In this document: positions 6,236-11,072 of the stretch, piece by piece
Layout of the letters: every line of letters starts with the position of its first letter
Numbering within the stretch: the first letter of the stretch is position 1
DNA from: Candidatus Nanopusillus sp.
GTDB taxonomy: Archaea > Nanobdellota > Nanobdellia > Nanobdellales > Nanobdellaceae
Length of the DNA: 11,072 bases
Direction: 5' to 3'
NCBI GenBank assembly: GCA_036845085.1
Contig: DAIUEN010000018.1
Span: 1-11,072, forward strand
The notes under the pieces: model-generated
The model's input: the letters and a program-made list of their open reading frames with translations, nothing else
What the model was told of the DNA's origin: nothing
Databases searched by the model: none
Program-made: the position numbers and the translations under genes

Positions 6236-7198
6236 CTATCTTACAGGGTTTACAGATATTGTTTTTATAATTTTGCTATAACAATCATATTCTAATTCTA
6301 CTTCTACATAACCAAGGATACCACATTGTTCTCTTGGTACATCAATACCTAGCTTTTTAACATCAATCCAACAAGAAAATGTAGCTGAACTTCCAGATAA
6401 TGAAATATATCTTTTTCCACCACTTTTTATAACATTACATCCAAAACCGTTACCTTCGTTAAATGTTCCTTTTCCAGGTATATTTAACTTTATTGAATTT
6501 ACATATACTTTTGGTACTCCATAAAAATATGCATTATAGTTATTAAAACATCCAGCAGCATCTGTAATACTTATAGAAAATGAAGTATATCCACTGGCAG
6601 CTTGGACATTCACAGTAGATTGTGGAACTACTGGAGATCCTGTAAAGTATACTGGAAAACTATAATCGCTTTTATCATATCTGGTAGTAAGTACTACAGG
6701 AACTATAAATTTAGTCTTTACTCCAGAAACATTATAAGTAAATGTTATAGTTACATCTGAAGTTATATCGGAAGTTGGCAAATCTAAAGTAAATTCACCA
6801 ATAACTCCCTGCATTGTTGCTTTTGGATCTCCCAAAATTTCTGGAATTTCTACTTCAAATCTTTTATTAGAGATAGATCCAAAATTAGATTTTACTTCTC
6901 CATATAATTTCAAAGACTCTTGTCCGGTATAAAATGTCGATGTATATGTGATTTGATATGTAAATTGTCCGCTTTCTTTTGGATTATAATATATGGGATC
7001 TGGTCCGTACAAAGATAGACTTATAGTACCAACTCTATTAGCCGCATATTCGAGAGATGGTTTTACATTAAACCTACATTCCCCTACTCCTTGTCCAGAA
7101 GATCCTGTACTACCAGGATTAGAACAGCTCATTCCAGTAGCTGCAAGAATAAACAATAAGCCAAATACTGGAATAGAATATAATACTTTTTTATCCAT
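6236..7198 (-). CDS. Orphan exported protein, putative lipoprotein (signal peptide ending in lipobox G-M-S-C25, then a Gly/Ser-rich linker)
   Basis: 320 aa. It starts 'MDKKVLYSIPVFGLLFILAATGMSC', followed by 'SNPGSTGSSGQGVGE'. The mature part is rich in Gly, Ser, Thr, Val and Tyr with 6 further Cys. I checked the codons for M23-S24-C25 directly at 7132..7124. Confidence 0.7.
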   Translation of the reverse strand: MDKKVLYSIPVFGLLFILAATGMSCSNPGSTGSSGQGVGECRFNVKPSLEYAANRVGTISLSLYGPDPIYYNPKESGQFTYQITYTSTFYTGQESLKLYGEVKSNFGSISNKRFEVEIPEILGDPKATMQGVIGEFTLDLPTSDITSDVTITFTYNVSGVKTKFIVPVVLTTRYDKSDYSFPVYFTGSPVVPQSTVNVQAASGYTSFSISITDAAGCFNNYNAYFYGVPKVYVNSIKLNIPGKGTFNEGNGFGCNVIKSGGKRYISLSGSSATFSCWIDVKKLGIDVPREQCGILGYVEVELEYDCYSKIIKTISVNPVR

Positions 7199-7220
7199 AC
7201 TTTTCTATTCGATTTATGTA

Positions 7221-7228
7221 TTTATAAA
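7221..7228 (-). promoter_or_regulatory. Candidate TATA box (palindromic TTTATAAA) for the 320-aa lipoprotein gene
   Basis: It sits -30..-23 from the minus-strand ATG at 7198, inside the 31-bp gap between the 416-aa and 320-aa ORFs. Confidence 0.35.
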
Positions 7229-7229
7229 C

Positions 7230-8480
7230 TTAGCTTCCAATATATTCAACACTTCCAGATCCTACTATTTTATAAGAATAAAGCATTGTTGAATTTATAT
7301 ATACAGTTTCATATCCTTGAAAATTACTTCCAGGGGTTATGCATATAGGTATAGCAACTATAAGTAATCTATTCTCTTTCTGCATTTTCTTTAGATATTT
7401 TTCGGATATATATATCTCACAGGAGTTTTGACTACAAGATATTTTAAATAAATCATTTCCGAAATCAAAAGAATTTGAACAACCATTACTAGATATATAA
7501 GAAATAATAACTTTATTTGGATTATATATAAATCTTACCGAGAATTTTGATATAGACTCCATATTTTGCAAACTACTTATTGAAAGTAAAATAACATCGT
7601 ATGAAGTTTCTTTTTCAAATATTAATACAGGATGACCAGATACTTTTGCGGCTCTAGCAATCTGTATATATGGTAAATTATATATTCCATAAGAAACTGC
7701 AACATCATATTTTCCAATTAATCCTAAAGATTGATACACGGTTATTCCCTTTAAATTTGCATCATAAGCTAAGTCTGAATTGACCACTAAAAAATTATAT
7801 ACAGAATATGTTTCTACGTTATTAAATATAGCTTCTAGTTTATTGTATATCTTAAAACCAGTTTCATTAACTCCTTTACATAGAGAGGCATTAATCTTAA
7901 ATTCTGGAATTGTACACCTTATATATGCTATTCCTTGAAAATTATTAAAATTTATGTTAGAAGGATCTGCAGAAGACTGATTTACAAATCCAATAGTAGA
8001 ATTTTCCGAGTAAAAACAAGAAAGAATAGGTAAACTATTGTTACAAGTGAAAGAAACTTGAAGATTATTTAGAGAAGATGGCAAATTATAGCTAAAAATA
8101 TATGAAATAATACTGGAAGTTGCAACATATGTATCATTAGATACTGTTCTAACCACACCAGGAGCTGAAGAAGATTCAGATAATAAAATATAATATCTTT
8201 TAGTTTCTTCAGAGACTTCTGTAGATTCTGTTAACATATATTTTCTGTAATAACTTTCAGGATCTGAAATGATATTATATACTGTATTTAAAGAACTATA
8301 AAAACTTTCCCATAAGCTTTTTCCACCTTGTACTACATTTTGAGCTGGAGATCTAGGACTTACAGAAACTTTACTAAGATATGATAAAATTTCCGATCCG
8401 TAAAACCACCAAATAATACCTATACCAATTAAAAGTAAAACTATAATTACTATTGTACCAGATCCTCCACCCTCCCCCAT
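7230..8480 (-). CDS. Orphan membrane-anchored or exported protein (416 aa)
   Basis: The N-terminus 'MGEGGGSG' is followed by an approximately 19-residue hydrophobic helix 'TIVIIVLLLIGIGIIWWFY'. The rest is rich in Ser, Asn, Tyr and Ile with 8 Cys and many N-x-S/T sequons. The start is 2 bp after the upstream ORF's stop. Confidence 0.65.
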   Translation of the reverse strand: MGEGGGSGTIVIIVLLLIGIGIIWWFYGSEILSYLSKVSVSPRSPAQNVVQGGKSLWESFYSSLNTVYNIISDPESYYRKYMLTESTEVSEETKRYYILLSESSSAPGVVRTVSNDTYVATSSIISYIFSYNLPSSLNNLQVSFTCNNSLPILSCFYSENSTIGFVNQSSADPSNINFNNFQGIAYIRCTIPEFKINASLCKGVNETGFKIYNKLEAIFNNVETYSVYNFLVVNSDLAYDANLKGITVYQSLGLIGKYDVAVSYGIYNLPYIQIARAAKVSGHPVLIFEKETSYDVILLSISSLQNMESISKFSVRFIYNPNKVIISYISSNGCSNSFDFGNDLFKISCSQNSCEIYISEKYLKKMQKENRLLIVAIPICITPGSNFQGYETVYINSTMLYSYKIVGSGSVEYIGS

Positions 8481-8482
8481 AT

Positions 8483-9532
8483 TTACGAAAGTATTATCTT
8501 AGATATATATAAATTTTCTCTTGGTTCTATTACTAATAGATTACTTTTGTTATTTGTACAATGTTTTATATTAAAAACATACAAATTTCTAGAATGATTT
8601 ATATTAAATATACAATTATTAACACTCACATTTCCTTCTCCATAATTTAATACAATCTGTAACAATCCATTTTCTAACTCACCAAATTGAATATAAAATA
8701 CTTTATTTGTAGTAAACAAATACATAGTAATTTTTGTATCTTGGGTAGAATATACTTGTATAATATTTTTACCTAATTTTAGATATGGTGTTATATCTAG
8801 AGGGTTATTCTGATTATTACATGACGTAGGGTTAATTATATTATCATTTAATTTTATAGTAACAATTCCTGGAAGACTAGGACAAAAATTATAATACAAG
8901 AAAACTTCACCCCCATGATAAAAATATTCATACTTTATACTTTGTGGAAAAAGAGGATAAAGATGTATGTTATATACCCTAATATATCCATCGGATATGA
9001 GGCTTGTTGGTGAAAAAATAAATTCGAGGAGATTCGTATTGTTACTATAATAATAACTTGGAATAACTATGTAATTTACTCCATCTTTGCAATCTTCATA
9101 AATTTTCATTTTATTTAGATATATCTCTAATTTTCCATTTTTACATATACTCACAAATGTAAGATTTGTTCCAGAAATATTAGAAAACGTACTAATTAAA
9201 TATTTTCTATAAACTACACCAGAAAATATATTAGACTTTCCTTCAAAATCTTGTAAGATGTATTGATTACCAGGAACAAAACTTCCTAAAGGGAATTCAT
9301 TTGCAATATAATATACACCACCATTAATATCCAATCTAATATTACCAACCTCAACAATATTTTTTTCTCGTACATTTAACTTATTAGAAATATTTATTAT
9401 GTCTGACTGATTAAACAATTCACTAGCCAGTTGCTGTTTATATGGCATAGGTAATATAAGCCAATAAACCAATATCAGTATACCCACTATTATAAAGAAT
9501 ATACCTATTGTAGCTACCTGTAACTTTTTCAT
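8483..9532 (-). CDS. Orphan membrane-anchored protein (349 aa) with three repeated Cys-pair modules
   Basis: 'MKKLQVATIGIFFIIVGILILVYWLILP' is a signal-anchor. The ectodomain has three similar segments, each with 'x-I-x-LN' and a Cys pair (C130/C148, C217/C238, C307/C325), ending in 'N-[LI]-[LI]-x-[FVI]'. It has many N-x-S/T sequons. Confidence 0.65.
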   Translation of the reverse strand: MKKLQVATIGIFFIIVGILILVYWLILPMPYKQQLASELFNQSDIINISNKLNVREKNIVEVGNIRLDINGGVYYIANEFPLGSFVPGNQYILQDFEGKSNIFSGVVYRKYLISTFSNISGTNLTFVSICKNGKLEIYLNKMKIYEDCKDGVNYIVIPSYYYSNNTNLLEFIFSPTSLISDGYIRVYNIHLYPLFPQSIKYEYFYHGGEVFLYYNFCPSLPGIVTIKLNDNIINPTSCNNQNNPLDITPYLKLGKNIIQVYSTQDTKITMYLFTTNKVFYIQFGELENGLLQIVLNYGEGNVSVNNCIFNINHSRNLYVFNIKHCTNNKSNLLVIEPRENLYISKIILS

Positions 9533-9554
9533 AGAAATAAATTATTTTTTGATT

Positions 9555-9562
9555 TTTATATT
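9555..9562 (-). promoter_or_regulatory. Candidate TATA-like box (AATATAAA on the minus strand) for the 349-aa gene, overlapping the Pelota stop codon
   Basis: It sits -30..-23 from the ATG at 9532. The sequence is a weak match, and AT-rich background makes this uncertain. Confidence 0.2.
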
Positions 9563-10572
9563 TTATATCTTATCTTAGCAATTACTCCAAATTTTCTTAC
9601 AAGTTCGTAATAGTTTACGTCTTCATTTACAATATATATTTCTGCATTTATTTTATCGGCTCTATCCAGTATAAATAGTAAATCTTCATAATTTTCCTTA
9701 CTTTTTAATTTTTTAAAAAATTCTTCAGAAATTAAAATATATTCAACATTATTGGATTCTAAATACTCTTTTAACTTTTCTATACCAAATATTATATATC
9801 CTTTATTTATTAAACTTATAGATTCTTCCATAATTTTATTTAGCTCTAATATTTCTACATTCTTTAACATATTATAATATTCTTTTCTCTTGATAAACTC
9901 ATATATACCATTTATTCCCCCATAAGATACTTTAAACTGAAAAATCTGAATATTTTTTATATCTATTTTTTCTTCCAGATATTTATAAAAAATTTCTGGA
10001 TAAAAAATAGGTCCTACAATACACAATATTTCTGGTTTTTCTTTCTCTATTATCTTTATATACTCAGAATAAATTTTTTTTATTTCAGAATCCCTATTTG
10101 GATCTTCTTTATTCACATATATTTCATCTTCTCTCAATATTTCTATTCTTGTACTAATGATTCCGAATGCTATAGATTTGCTATCTAAAGAAACTACATA
10201 TATTTTTTTATACTTGTTCGAAGATTTTTCTAATTCTTTAATATGAAAAGGTAAAAATTTCTTTTTTTCTAAATAAACTTTACTGCCCACTACAATATCA
10301 AATGTGTGATAGTGTCCAACTACTTCTTTACTAGCTTCTAATATTCTACCAGAAACTCTTAAAGAATCACCATATTCTGAAAATTTAACTTCTTCTACTT
10401 CAATTTTTATTTTTACTTTTATTTTTTCTTTTTCTTTTTCAAATTTTATAACTCTGTAATCTTCTCCATATAAAATGTCTCCTTTTTCTATGATTTTAAA
10501 TAAAACAAAAAGATCTCTATCTCCTTCTACTACTAATTCTACCACATTTCTATCTACGAAAGTATATTTCAT
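9556..10572 (-). CDS. pelA: Pelota (Dom34 homologue), mRNA surveillance / ribosome rescue factor
   Basis: 338 aa. The N-terminal Sm-like domain pattern is 'VELVVEGDRDLFVLFKIIEKGDILYG...LRVSGRILEASKEVVGHYHTFDIVVGSKVYLEKKKF', which is Pelota 'pE..dDlw.ly.li..GD.v......lRi.G.i......g..HT..i..g..l.i.K'. The central and C-terminal parts are eRF1-like and of the right length. Confidence 0.8.
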   Translation of the reverse strand: MKYTFVDRNVVELVVEGDRDLFVLFKIIEKGDILYGEDYRVIKFEKEKEKIKVKIKIEVEEVKFSEYGDSLRVSGRILEASKEVVGHYHTFDIVVGSKVYLEKKKFLPFHIKELEKSSNKYKKIYVVSLDSKSIAFGIISTRIEILREDEIYVNKEDPNRDSEIKKIYSEYIKIIEKEKPEILCIVGPIFYPEIFYKYLEEKIDIKNIQIFQFKVSYGGINGIYEFIKRKEYYNMLKNVEILELNKIMEESISLINKGYIIFGIEKLKEYLESNNVEYILISEEFFKKLKSKENYEDLLFILDRADKINAEIYIVNEDVNYYELVRKFGVIAKIRYKI

Positions 10573-11036
10573 AATATTATTGTCAGATAAGACAAAAATA
10601 TTGCTGGTATAAATGGTGCTCCTTCCATAACATATGCTTTTATATTATATTTTCTTGATAATTCTTTTAATAAAGCAATCTCTTGCTTACTTAAACCTAT
10701 TTCTCCACTAAAAAGCTTATTGTAAAATATGAAATATAAAATTGGCGGAATTATAACTAAAAAATTAAAAAAGTTTGCTTTTATGAATAATAGGGGGAAA
10801 ATAAAAATTATAGAAGTAAGTATGATATTTTTCCAAGTCAGTTTATCTTTATGATAGATATAATATCGATTTTCTTTTTCTTCAATATTATAGAATTTTT
10901 CTAGTAACTCTTTGTCTTCTTTATAAATATTTCCATCTATAACAAAATAGTCAATCCAGTCACCTTCTACTAATAAATTAACTTCTCTTTCAAATACAAG
11001 TTTACTTTTATATTTATTCTCAAAAGACTTATACAT
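10569..11036 (-). CDS. Hypothetical small membrane protein (155 aa), translationally coupled to Pelota
   Basis: A soluble N-terminal region of about 65 aa is followed by two adjacent hydrophobic helices ('IILTSIIFIFPLLFI', 'FLVIIPPILYFIFY') and a C-terminal hydrophobic segment ('APFIPAIFLSYLTIIL'). Its stop overlaps the Pelota start (ATGA at 10572..10569). Confidence 0.55.
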   Translation of the reverse strand: MYKSFENKYKSKLVFEREVNLLVEGDWIDYFVIDGNIYKEDKELLEKFYNIEEKENRYYIYHKDKLTWKNIILTSIIFIFPLLFIKANFFNFLVIIPPILYFIFYNKLFSGEIGLSKQEIALLKELSRKYNIKAYVMEGAPFIPAIFLSYLTIIL

Positions 11037-11072
11037 AAATATAGAAACATATACGATAACTATACTTAGCAG

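Noticed and set aside
6993-7292. 99-aa plus-strand ORF spanning the junction of the 320-aa and 416-aa genes
   Set aside because: It is antisense to two longer ORFs that have coherent signal peptides. It crosses their intergenic promoter region and has no recognisable features.
8461-8480. C-rich run (gatcctccaccctcccccat) as a regulatory or G-quadruplex-type element
   Set aside because: It is the reverse complement of the codons for MGEGGGSG at the start of the 416-aa ORF. Coding explains it fully.
8400-9532. Type IV pilin-like (class III) signal peptides on the 349-aa and 416-aa proteins
   Set aside because: Neither N-terminus has the [K/R]-[G/A] cleavage motif immediately before the hydrophobic helix ('MKKLQVATIG...' and 'MGEGGGSGTIV...'). 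The proteins are also much larger than typical pilins, and the window has no pilus ATPase, platform protein or prepilin peptidase.
5365-9532. The surface-gene block as a horizontally acquired island, integrated virus or mobile element
   Set aside because: There is no integrase, transposase or flanking direct repeats, and no adjacent tRNA. Third-position AT bias looks the same as in neighbouring genes. The somewhat higher G+C of the 320-aa gene is explained by its Gly/Ser/Thr/Pro/Val-rich amino-acid composition.

Overview
The window is very AT-rich and tightly packed, and its gene content is archaeal. Most proteins are rich in Lys, Ile, Glu, Asn and Tyr. I recognise these information-processing genes: a stand-alone reverse-gyrase helicase-domain protein, a GINS51-like protein, ribosomal protein L44e (eL42), a PAC2-family proteasome-assembly chaperone, Nop10, aIF2-alpha and Pelota. 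A reverse gyrase that stops after helicase motif VI, with no topoisomerase domain beside it, in an extremely AT-rich compact genome points to a thermophilic nanoarchaeote (a Nanoarchaeum equitans relative). That assignment is inference, not a database result.

The most interesting part is a back-to-back minus-strand block of four orphan genes (5365..9532) wedged between Pelota and aIF2-alpha. All four have N-terminal hydrophobic export or anchor segments. Two carry bacterial-type lipoboxes (G-[L/M]-S-C). All are depleted in Lys/Glu relative to the cytoplasmic proteins here. All are enriched in N-x-S/T sequons and have even numbers of cysteines, while neighbouring cytoplasmic proteins have almost none. 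I propose this is an uncharacterised cell-surface or host-contact module.

Secondary observations:
- A 260-bp intergenic region, unusually long for this window, holds a perfect 46-bp direct repeat built around a 12-bp palindrome.
- TATA-like boxes sit at a constant -30..-23 from several ATGs, which suggests leaderless transcripts.
- The conserved L44e-S27e-aIF2a-Nop10-PAC2 neighbourhood is broken, and an orphan 172-aa ORF occupies the S27e slot.

I saw no rRNA, tRNA, CRISPR array or mobile-element gene.
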